Positions 1 through 7,081 of a stretch of 64,000 nt of DNA are shown in pieces; positions within the stretch are counted from its first letter, which is position 1; the number at the start of each line of letters is the position of its first letter. The translations under genes and the position numbers were made by a program. The notes under the pieces are model-generated. The model saw nothing but the letters and a program-made list of their open reading frames with translations, had not been told where the DNA came from and did not search any database. The DNA is from Sphingomonas sp. (lineage in GTDB: Bacteria; Pseudomonadota; Alphaproteobacteria; Sphingomonadales; Sphingomonadaceae). The stretch lies in the NCBI GenBank assembly GCA_965217805.1, contig CBDCJJ010000006.1:269806-333805 (forward strand). Reading direction: 5' to 3'.

Positions 1-174
1 GGCGAGCTGTCAATGTTGGAATACCAGAAAGGGCGCATCCGGGCATTGGAACGGATTTCCCTCGAATTTGCGGCGCATACCTTGGCCATCGACCCAACGA
101 CTCACCGGCTCTACGTTGGCTACCTCAGCCTGTTGCGCGACCCGTGTCTCGCGGTTTTCAGCCCGCGTACCTGA
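1..174 (+). CDS. 3' end of an ORF cut by the window edge; possible beta-propeller repeat protein
   Basis: Frame 1 is open from base 1 to TGA at 172-174. The tail ...[16 protein letters not shown]... resembles YVTN/lactonase-type propeller repeats. Confidence 0.3.
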   Translation, partial: GELSMLEYQKGRIRALERISLEFAAHTLAIDPTTHRLYVGYLSLLRDPCLAVFSPRT

Positions 175-206
175 TCGCATCTCGCCACCAAGATTGCCAC
201 CATCGC

Positions 207-332
207 ATCACGCTCAAAGAGGCTCGCGTCAACGCCGCCATCGAGGCCGCACGCGCAGGAGACGCCGGCAGGGGCTTTACAGTCGTTGCCAATGAGGTGA
301 GGCAGCTTGCCGGACAGGCCGCGGAGGCGACG
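207..332 (+). pseudogene. Methyl-accepting chemotaxis protein signalling-domain fragment
   Basis: Translation [43 protein letters not shown] matches the highly conserved MCP hairpin motif ([27 protein letters not shown]). No complete ORF surrounds it. Confidence 0.5.
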
Positions 333-343
333 GCGCACGTTCG

Positions 344-452
344 CGCCGACCCCAAGGTCGTCCTCGATCTGCCGCTTGGTCCGGCCGCTGGTTCCCACCA
401 GCCGTACTGCCTCGTCCTCAAATTCCTTCGTAAATCGATTCTGCTTCGTCAT
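344..452 (-). pseudogene. IS3-family transposase OrfA, N-terminal fragment
   Basis: [36 protein letters not shown] is a typical IS3 OrfA helix-turn-helix N-terminus. The reading frame then runs into antisense of the MCP fragment. Confidence 0.6.
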
Positions 453-508
453 CGGGTTCGCCTTTCATCTCAAGGGAACTCTCCACTTTTCCGAAGCAAG
501 TCCACTAC

Positions 509-730
509 ATCGCGCCGGGCAAGCCGACGCAGAACGGGCTCGGCGGGAGCTTCAATGGTCGCATGCGCGACGAACTGCTCAACGAGACGCTGTTCTTCAC
601 AATTGGTCAGGCCCGCTCGATCCTCGCGAGATTAGTCGACGACTACAACAACGAGCGGCCGCACTCCTCGCTCGATTATGCCACCCCGGCGGCATTCGCT
701 GCCGATCTCGAACAGCAACGGGTGGGTTAA
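509..730 (+). pseudogene. IS3-family transposase OrfB, C-terminal fragment
   Basis: Translation [64 protein letters not shown], stop TAA at 728-730. This is the classic C-terminus of the rve integrase core, and no N-terminal part is present. Confidence 0.75.
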
Positions 731-798
731 CCCCGCCCGTTGCCTCACCCGCGCTCATGCGGGACAACACCGATCGGTCTCTGGTCGCCGCTGGATGA

Positions 799-1080
799 AT
801 GGCGGGGGTCACGTCAGCCGACGGCGGTTATGCTGGGCAGAAGCTCGAAGCTGCGGTCGCGCACATTGATCGGCTGACGATCGAAATCATCAGACGTTCC
901 GACCTGGCGGGCTTCGTTATTCTGCCCCGGCGCTGGGTCGTCGAACGGACCCTGGCGTGGCTGAACCGGTGTCGTCGCCTCGCCAAAGACTGGGAGGTCT
1001 CTATCGCGTCATCCGAAGCGTGGACGGTAGTCTCATCGATATGGCGAATGACGCGCCGTATCGCTAGACTCGAATTATGA
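799..1080 (+). pseudogene. IS5-family (DDE_Tnp_1) transposase, C-terminal fragment
   Basis: ADGGYAG...LPRRWVVERTLAWLNRCRRLAKDWEVSIASSEAW... is the conserved IS5-family C-terminus. An in-frame stop lies immediately upstream (796-798). Confidence 0.7.
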
Positions 1081-1098
1081 GTCGGGCTCTAAAGAGAA

Positions 1099-1467
1099 TT
1101 ATTCCTTTCCATACGATGTATCTAATGTTAGCGTTGGCACTTGGCGTTGCTGAAGCAAAGCTTCGATTTTCGCGGCCGAAATTCCCGCGCTCGCGGCGCC
1201 ACGGACGGCCCGCTCTTTCTGTTGAATTGTGCCATACAGGGCTATAACTAGTATTCGCAACGCCTCCAGATCCGGAGCAGTAAGGGGACGTGGGCCGCGA
1301 TATCCGAAGAACGAGCGAAGCCTGAGCCATCCTTTCGTTGAGCAACCCGCACTCAACCCGTCAAGATGACCTACATGTATAGCCATTCGCTCAGTATCGT
1401 TGAACAACGGAATATTGACAACTGCCTTCGGTAGAAAGCGGGGGGCGAGAGTTTGAGAGCCGAGCAT
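1099..1467 (-). CDS. hypothetical protein (122 aa)
   Basis: ORF in an AT-richer island between IS fragments. Its start lies 2 nt downstream of the stop of the preceding small membrane ORF. No family recognised. Confidence 0.3.
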   Translation of the reverse strand: MLGSQTLAPRFLPKAVVNIPLFNDTERMAIHVGHLDGLSAGCSTKGWLRLRSFFGYRGPRPLTAPDLEALRILVIALYGTIQQKERAVRGAASAGISAAKIEALLQQRQVPTLTLDTSYGKE

Positions 1468-1468
1468 T

Positions 1469-1777
1469 TCAGTGCCGACGATCTTGGTTAGTACTGATCA
1501 TAACTTTTAGCGCGACAAAAAATAGAAATAGAAGGCAGGCTAGCACAAATCCAATAAGTTGAGAGTCGAGGCGAACACCGATCCAGTGACCCACACTGGC
1601 AAAGAGCATCGCGGCACTTAGCCCGGCAATCAGCCTCAAAATGAACAAGCGCAGTGACCAAACCTGCTTTTCAGCTCGACTTCTGTAGCAACTGTCGAGA
1701 TTTTGACACGCAGCGTGGTTCGAAGCGGCTTTGCTCTTGGAAAATTGCCTGCCTGCGTTCTGTGGGCATTTATTCAT
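1469..1777 (-). CDS. hypothetical small membrane protein (102 aa, two hydrophobic helices)
   Basis: Internal ATG of the 1469..2080 ORF, chosen because the upstream part is IS3 pseudogene sequence in another frame. The segments LRLFILRLIAGLSAAMLFASV and LIGFVLACLLFLFFVAL look transmembrane. Confidence 0.3.
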   Translation of the reverse strand: MNKCPQNAGRQFSKSKAASNHAACQNLDSCYRSRAEKQVWSLRLFILRLIAGLSAAMLFASVGHWIGVRLDSQLIGFVLACLLFLFFVALKVMISTNQDRRH

Positions 1778-1919
1778 GGTTATCCTCGATGGAACTCGCC
1801 ATAATTGACTATGGCTTTCACTCAGGTCTGCCGTCAGAACATTGCCAAAGCCTGACGGTGCTTGGTGATTAAGGTTGATCTGAACCGCCCCGGGTCTGCC
1901 GGAGGCCTTGGGTTGTGAG

Positions 1920-2590
1920 TCACGCTGCCATATTGATGTTGTCCGCGGCAGCATAATATTGATCTTCGGCCTTGGCGGGCGGGATGTTGCAGATGGGCTC
2001 CAGCAGCCGACGATAGTTGAACCAGTCGACCCATTCGAGCGTGGCAGACTCGACAGCTTCGAAGCTGCGCCAAGGCCCACGCCTGTGGATCACCTCAGCC
2101 TTTTAGAGACCGCTGATCTCGGCCAAAGCGTCATAGCTGTCGCCGACACTGCCGACCGACGGCTCGATGCCGGCCTCGGCAAGGTGTTCGGTGTATTTTA
2201 TGGACACAAATTGCGCTGCCGCGATCCGAATGATGAATGAGTCCTTCGGGCGGACGTCGTATCGTCAGGGCCTTGCGCAAGGCAGCCAGCGCCAGATCGC
2301 GATGCAGCCGGTCGCCGACGGCCCAGCCGACGACGCGGCGGGAAGACAGATCGATGACCACGGCCAGGTACAGCCATCCCTCCCGCGTGCAGATGTAGGA
2401 GATGTCGACACCCCATTTCTGGTTCGGTGCCGTCGCGGTAAAGTCCTGGTCAATGATGTTGGGCGCGATCGGCCAGCTATGTTCGCTGTCCGTCGTTTCC
2501 TTGAACCGTCGTTTCTGCCTCGCCACCAAGCCGTTCTCACGCATCTGTAGCGCGGCGATCTGGATGAGAAGCACTCGCACTGTGATCGCC
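1920..2590 (-). pseudogene. IS3-family transposase OrfB, 5'-truncated and frameshifted
   Basis: ORF 2131..2580 reads ...MRENGLVARQKRRFKETTDSEHSWPIAPNIIDQDFTATAPNQKWGVDISYICTREGWLYLAVVIDLSSRRVVGWAVGDRLHRDLALAAL...LIHHSDRGS. The protein continues in another frame as AEVIHRRGPWRSFEAVESATLEWVDWFNYRRLLEPICNIPPAKAE to the stop at 1920-1922. Confidence 0.8.
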
Positions 2591-2708
2591 GCGCAGCAAA
2601 CAAGCTGCGTCGCATCGTCACGTCATACTGACGTTTGGCTTCTCCACCCTGATCAACTTTTTAAGCTGGATTGCCGCTTTTGCCATCGGCGCTAAGGTCA
2701 CGGCGACA

Positions 2709-2915
2709 TTGTTCTTGCTGATCGCGAACAAGGACATGCGCGATCAACCCGGATGGGGATCGGCCTTGTGGTGGGTGACCAAGATAACCTCGATCATCGT
2801 GGTTCCCTGTCTCATCTGCGTTGCCCTGCTCCAACGCGATACAGGGTTGGTCTGGTTCTCCTATGCTGCGGGGCTATTCGGTCGTCGCGGTGCTGCTGAA
2901 GATCCGGGAGCATGA
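2709..2915 (+). CDS. hypothetical membrane ORF whose 3' end runs into the IS terminus at 2906
   Basis: 68-aa ORF with a hydrophobic stretch. Its last codons and stop lie inside the IS terminal repeat, so it is probably a truncated gene. Confidence 0.2.
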   Translation: MFLLIANKDMRDQPGWGSALWWVTKITSIIVVPCLICVALLQRDTGLVWFSYAAGLFGRRGAAEDPGA

Positions 2916-2927
2916 AAAAGCTGGGGG
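2906..2927. repeat. Terminal inverted repeat (left end of ISKra4-like unit)
   Basis: GGGAGCATGAAAAAGCTGGGGG. The reverse complement is found at 5760-5781 and 17811-17832. Confidence 0.8.
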
Positions 2928-2929
2928 TC

Positions 2930-4321
2930 TCATGCGGCTACGGCCATCTCGGCTGACGGTGCTTGTCGCTCTTTTCGCCAGCGCTGGAAGTCGCTCTCGA
3001 GCGTCCCGTCGAGGACACGGGTGCGCAGCTGCATGAGGAGGTGGACGCCGCGCGGCGTCCACTGCATCTGCTGCTTTTTAGCGAACCGCTTGGCGATCAC
3101 CTGGTTGACGGTGGACTCGACGAACGCGGTCGAGACCACCTCGCCGTAGCGGCGGCGCTCGGCGTAGTTCGGGATCAGCCCGGCGTTGTTGGTGACATAG
3201 CCGCTGAACTCGTCCAGCTGGCGCCGGAACTTCCTCACCCCGGGCGGCGGGTGATCGAGGAGGTCAACCGCGTCGCCGAGATCCTCTGCGAGGCCGAGCG
3301 CGCGGCCGACGTTGCCATGCCACACGAAGCGCCGGACGCTTTCGAGCGCCTCGACCATCGCAGTCGTCGCCTCGCTCAGCGGCGGCGGCAGTCCGCGCGC
3401 CATCTGCTGGAGCACGGTCACGCGCATGGCGACATGAAAATAGTCGAGCACGTGGTCGGCATTCGGGCGCATATAGAGCTGGAGATCGCGCACGCTCTCG
3501 CCACCGTCGGACATGAACGTGATCTCCTGGTTCATGGCAACGCCTTGCGCGACTAGCAGTTCGTGCAGCCGTCGCTTGGGCTTGGCGTCGTGCCCGACCA
3601 CGAACCCGAACCGGCGTGCCGGCCTGTCCTCGGGAACCGACTTGCCCACGATCACCTCGAAATTGGCGGGCCGGTCGGCCCAGCTGCGCACATAGCCCCC
3701 GTCAATGCCGACCGTGACCGGCGGACCGGGGATCGGCATCTCGTCCCACTCGGCCTGGCAGCCGGACGCGAACATCGCCTGCTCGGGGCCGAATTCGGCT
3801 TCAAGCCGCTCGGCGACGCGGGTGACGTCGTTCCTGATCGTGGACGCGTTCACGGTGTCGCCGATCGGCAGCACCTCGGCGAGTAGCGCCGCGGTCACGC
3901 CATAGGCGGCGAGCGACGCCCAGCGCGCCTCGAGCGCGAGCAGGTCCGGGGTTATGCGCTCGGGCAACGCCGCCACGATCGGAGCGGCGACACCGGGCGC
4001 GACCTCGCACCGGCAGCGCGCGAAGCGCGGGCTCGGCAGCGCCAGCTTGCCGAACGGCGTCCGCACCGCGATTGTGCGATAATCCTTCACCCGACGGGGC
4101 CGGTGGCAGCACGGGCAAGGCCGCTCGCGCTCCGCGAGGGTGGCGGCCTGCACACGAGCCATGCTCGCCTGCAGGTTGGCGAGCACCGCCTTTGAATCCG
4201 CGAGCGTCAACCCAAGATCATCGATCGAGAGGCCGTTGTCCGGCCGCTCGATCGCCGCGACCATGCTGGGAGCTTGGGTGCCATCGCCGGTGTAGGCGAC
4301 GAGTTGAACGACGAAGCGCAT
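2930..4321 (-). CDS. ISKra4-family transposase (463 aa)
   Basis: MRFVVQLVAYTGDGT...LGLTLADSKAVLANLQ...CPCCHRPRRVKDYRTIAVRTPFGKLALPSPRFARCRC...LEARWASLAAYG matches my recollection of the ISKra4-type transposase N-terminal architecture. It is identical to 16417..17808. The 731-aa ORF on the track is a read-through artefact. Confidence 0.75.
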   Translation of the reverse strand: MRFVVQLVAYTGDGTQAPSMVAAIERPDNGLSIDDLGLTLADSKAVLANLQASMARVQAATLAERERPCPCCHRPRRVKDYRTIAVRTPFGKLALPSPRFARCRCEVAPGVAAPIVAALPERITPDLLALEARWASLAAYGVTAALLAEVLPIGDTVNASTIRNDVTRVAERLEAEFGPEQAMFASGCQAEWDEMPIPGPPVTVGIDGGYVRSWADRPANFEVIVGKSVPEDRPARRFGFVVGHDAKPKRRLHELLVAQGVAMNQEITFMSDGGESVRDLQLYMRPNADHVLDYFHVAMRVTVLQQMARGLPPPLSEATTAMVEALESVRRFVWHGNVGRALGLAEDLGDAVDLLDHPPPGVRKFRRQLDEFSGYVTNNAGLIPNYAERRRYGEVVSTAFVESTVNQVIAKRFAKKQQMQWTPRGVHLLMQLRTRVLDGTLESDFQRWRKERQAPSAEMAVAA

Positions 4322-4375
4322 GACGGATCTCCCGTTGTGCCCCCACCGGATGATGGAATCACGATGCGGCGCGCT

Positions 4376-4401
4376 TGTCGAGAAACACCTGAATATCGCG
4401 C
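4376..4401. other. Candidate serine-recombinase crossover site (hix/res-like, 12-2-12)
   Basis: TGTCGAGAAACA-CC-TGAATATCGCGC(A) lies 110 bp upstream of the recombinase gene. A related half-site, CGACAAAC, is at 4451-4458. The partner site in copy 2 (14672-14686 plus 16348-16362) reconstructs to TGTCGAGAAACA-CC-TGTTTGTCGTCA, with 10 of 12 arm positions symmetric. Confidence 0.35.
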
Positions 4402-4510
4402 ACGTCCGGCGACCACGGCCGAACGCCCCGTGAGCGCCGCGATTTCTGCGCGACAAACCCGGCCGGAATGCTAAGTAGCGCGGATACTCTCCTCCGCAGG
4501 TTTTCCGCAC

Positions 4511-5182
4511 ATGCTCGTCGGCTACATGCGCGTCTCCTCCGCCGACGACCGGCAATCGACCGATCTCCAGCGCGACGCGCTGGTCGCCGCCGGGATCGAT
4601 CCGCGTCATATTCACCAGGATCGCGCCTCGGGTGCCCGCGACAACCGGGCCGGGCTGAAGGCCTGCCTCGACTACCTCGCCGCGGGCGACGTGCTCGTCG
4701 TCTGGAAACTCGACCGGCTCGGCCGCTCGCTCTCGCATCTGCTCGGCATCGTCGCGGAACTGAAGGAGCGCAGAGTGGCGTTCCGGTCTCTCACCGAAGC
4801 GATGGACACCACTACCGCGCAAGGCGAACTCCTGTTCTCGGTATTCGGCGCGCTCGCCCAATATGAGCGCGCGCTGATCCAGGAGCGGGTCAAGGCGGGT
4901 CTCGCCGCCGCCAAGCGTCGCGGTCGCCAGGGCGGGCGTCCGCCGGCCGTTAGCTCCGAGGGCGTCGAACAGATCGTGGCGGCGCTCGATGCGGGTGCCA
5001 GCAAGGCGAGCGTCTGCCGCACGTTCAAGGTCGCGCGCTCCACGCTCGGCGACACGCCGCGACGCGCCGGCTGGACCGGTCCCGCGGTGAACGACCCGCC
5101 GAAGGCAACGGTCAGTTCTCGGCATGCGCGTCCGCGTCCGCCCACTCGCGCTTCAGCTCGGCGTTCACCTCCCGCCGGCTGA
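4511..5182 (+). CDS. Serine recombinase (Hin/Gin invertase / resolvase family)
   Basis: MLVGYMRVSSADDRQSTDLQRDAL...VLVVWKLDRLGRS...ALAQYERALIQERVKAGL...GRQGGRP plus a C-terminal HTH. The catalytic Ser is in the YMRVSS motif. An unusual tail of about 30 aa overlaps the convergent gene. Confidence 0.9.
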   Translation: MLVGYMRVSSADDRQSTDLQRDALVAAGIDPRHIHQDRASGARDNRAGLKACLDYLAAGDVLVVWKLDRLGRSLSHLLGIVAELKERRVAFRSLTEAMDTTTAQGELLFSVFGALAQYERALIQERVKAGLAAAKRRGRQGGRPPAVSSEGVEQIVAALDAGASKASVCRTFKVARSTLGDTPRRAGWTGPAVNDPPKATVSSRHARPRPPTRASARRSPPAG

Positions 5183-5729
5183 AGCGCTCGGGATCGAAGG
5201 CGGCGATGAGGTCGTCATCATCGAGGTCATCATCCTCTTCACGATCCGTTCTGTCGAGCAGCCGGTCGATGTCGCGGAAGCGCAGCCGGTCGAGAAGCGC
5301 ATGGTAGCCGGCGGGTCCGCCGACATCCTCGGGTGGCCCGGCGCGCGATCCGGCGATGCAGGACGGGTACGCCTTGCCCTGATCGCGCTCGCGCCTGGTC
5401 TCGACGCGGACCTCGTGCTCCCACAAATCGCCGAAATCGTACTCGTAAAGGACCTTCTGGCGCAGGCGCAGCTCAAGATCGGCGAGCGCGACCTCACGGC
5501 CATCCTCATGGCGGTGACGCTCGCCCGTCCACATCGTGCCGTAGCGGCGGCCGTGCAGCTTGAACGCGTGCAGGTGATAGTCCTCCCACCCGAACGCGAT
5601 CTGGATGGCGCGGTGCAGGCCATACAGGGTAAGGTCGGCGGGCACGAGCAGTCGCCGCCAGATCATCGGTGAAATGTCACGCAGGCTCACCTTCAACTGG
5701 TAAACGGTGTCGGCCGCCGCGTTGAACAT
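5112..5729 (-). CDS. pRiA4b ORF-3-like family protein (PF07929-type)
   Basis: VYQLKVSLRDISPMIWRRLLVPADLTLYGLHRAIQIAFGWEDYHLHAF is the signature N-terminus of this family. The C-terminus is acidic. Confidence 0.8.
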   Translation of the reverse strand: MFNAAADTVYQLKVSLRDISPMIWRRLLVPADLTLYGLHRAIQIAFGWEDYHLHAFKLHGRRYGTMWTGERHRHEDGREVALADLELRLRQKVLYEYDFGDLWEHEVRVETRRERDQGKAYPSCIAGSRAGPPEDVGGPAGYHALLDRLRFRDIDRLLDRTDREEDDDLDDDDLIAAFDPERFSRREVNAELKREWADADAHAEN

Positions 5730-5759
5730 GCGCGGAAGCCTACTGCAAGGGCTCGGACT

Positions 5760-5781
5760 CCCCCAGCTTTTTCATGCTCCC
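5760..5781. repeat. Terminal inverted repeat (right end of ISKra4-like unit)
   Basis: CCCCCAGCTTTTTCATGCTCCC, a perfect reverse complement of 2906-2927. Confidence 0.8.
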
Positions 5782-6003
5782 CCGTGCCCGCCTGCGATGG
5801 AATGCTATCTCCGATACGATCATAACGCCTCCGGCGCGGCATATTAATTGTTCGATCGCGTCAGCTCTATAATCGGGATTAATAGAGGATGATCCAAGCT
5901 TCGGGGGCCCCGGATCGACTTGGTGCCAAAGCGCGAATTCTGCCTCAGCGGATACATGTTACCCGCCACCAGGATCCAGACGGGCGGGATAGCGTTTTGG
6001 GCG

Positions 6004-6255
6004 TCAGGCGGCGATCGTGTTCGGGGTGTAAAACCTTAGGATGATCCGCGTCACCAGCGTCGGGGGCACGCCCTCGTCGAGCAGCATTGCGAACATCGCG
6101 TCTTCATCGGGGGTGGGGGTCATGCCTTCGATAACGAGGTTGGCGCGGGATTCTTCGTTGTCTTCGCGCCACTGTGCGACCTCCTCCGGAGTGCCACGTA
6201 CATAGTCCATCGTGCGAACCTGGGCGCGCAGGGCTTCCACATCGATCGTTGCCAT
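6004..6255 (-). CDS. VbhA-like antitoxin domain protein (83 aa)
   Basis: Internal ATG at 6255 preceded by GAGGAGG. The segment ...ESRANLVIEGMTPTPDEDAMFAMLL... resembles the S/T-x-x-x-E-G Fic-inhibitory motif of VbhA-family antitoxins. Confidence 0.45.
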   Translation of the reverse strand: MATIDVEALRAQVRTMDYVRGTPEEVAQWREDNEESRANLVIEGMTPTPDEDAMFAMLLDEGVPPTLVTRIILRFYTPNTIAA

Positions 6256-6303
6256 TGCGCCGCCTCCTCGTTGCCAGCTGCTCGCTTTATACTTGAACTG
6301 GTG

Positions 6304-6319
6304 ATGTATGTACATACAT
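6304..6319. promoter_or_regulatory. Perfect 16-bp palindrome in a divergent intergenic region (candidate operator)
   Basis: ATGTATGTACATACAT lies between the divergent genes 6004-6255 (-) and 6344-6634 (+). Confidence 0.4.
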
Positions 6320-6343
6320 ACGACAACAATTCAGGAGATTGAT

Positions 6344-6634
6344 ATGGCGTACATCGACCCACGCTTGGTCACCTCGCCCAAAGGCCGGGTGGAAAAGCTC
6401 GACGTGATTTATGACAGCGGCGAAGGTGATTATTCCGTAGCCACCATGTTGTGGGACGGCCAGCCCGCTATGGGTATCCGTTGGAATGGCGGTGACCAAG
6501 GCGACAAGTTTCAGGGGCTTGGCAATCCGCAAAGCCGGGGGATTGCCACCTGGTTCATCCTTCCCGACCCGATCGCGGAACTCGTTCGGGCCAATCCTGG
6601 CGCACTCGTTCCTTCCGGTCCTGCAGCGCACTAG
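6344..6634 (+). CDS. hypothetical protein (96 aa)
   Basis: ATG at 6344 with CAGGAG 6 nt upstream. No family recognised. Confidence 0.5.
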   Translation: MAYIDPRLVTSPKGRVEKLDVIYDSGEGDYSVATMLWDGQPAMGIRWNGGDQGDKFQGLGNPQSRGIATWFILPDPIAELVRANPGALVPSGPAAH

Positions 6635-6738
6635 GATCGATCTATGAGTAACGCGGAAGCCGGAAAGCCGGATATTGTCGCGCTCGATCTTGGTCCCTTG
6701 CCGGTAGACCAGATCAACGGCGTTCTGAGTTTAAATTC

Positions 6739-7047
6739 GTGACAGCGGATGCGCATTATTCGGTCCGGGCGCAAAACCATTCCTTCACGCGGCATCCCGC
6801 CGATTTCGAGCTATGCCGTCGCTACGTCGCCCAGATCGTCGCGAAGCCCGACTATATCGGGCGAGCGCCGGATCAGGTCGATGGGATTGAGCTGATTGGT
6901 GAGATACCCGGCGAGGGCCCTATCATCCTCGTGGCAATCAAGCTCCGGATGGACCATGCCGGTCGCTACATTGTCGCCAGCACCTATCCGATCGATCGGA
7001 ACAAGCTGGAGCGACGATTGCGCAAGGGCTTCATTACCGCGACCTAG
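6739..7047 (+). CDS. hypothetical protein; fold reminiscent of small phage/plasmid Barnase-EndoU-ColE5/RelE-like nuclease domains (weak)
   Basis: GTG-initiated ORF followed by a strong terminator. A short ORF (ATG 6644, MSNAEAGKPDIVALDLGPLPVDQINGVLSLNS*) ends just upstream in another frame, so a frameshifted longer gene is possible. Confidence 0.4.
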   Translation: MTADAHYSVRAQNHSFTRHPADFELCRRYVAQIVAKPDYIGRAPDQVDGIELIGEIPGEGPIILVAIKLRMDHAGRYIVASTYPIDRNKLERRLRKGFITAT

Positions 7048-7059
7048 CGACAAAAAAAG

Positions 7060-7081
7060 GCCCCGCCGAAGCGGGGCTTTT
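7060..7081. terminator. Rho-independent terminator (bidirectional: A-tract / hairpin / T-tract)
   Basis: AAAAAAA-G-GCCCCGC-CGAA-GCGGGGC-TTTT lies 13 nt after the stop at 7045-7047. Confidence 0.75.

Larger units (their letters stand above)
2906..4390. repeat. 1,485-bp inverted repeat, copy 1 (transposase arm)
   Basis: ORF translations in several frames (463, 197, 107, 105, 83, 66 and 60 aa) are identical to those of 16348-17832 on the opposite strand. This implies about 100% nucleotide identity. Confidence 0.9.
2906..5781 (-). mobile_element. ISKra4-family-like transposable unit (2,876 bp) carrying transposase, serine recombinase and pRiA4b-ORF3-like gene
   Basis: Bounded by perfect 22-bp inverted repeats: GGGAGCATGAAAAAGCTGGGGG at 2906-2927 and its reverse complement at 5760-5781. 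Three genes lie inside. Confidence 0.7.

Noticed and set aside
2930-5125. 731-aa ORF on the minus strand
   Set aside because: This is a read-through artefact. Only the last 463 aa (2930-4321) match the second transposase copy. The N-terminal 268 aa are antisense to the serine recombinase gene and the intergenic region.
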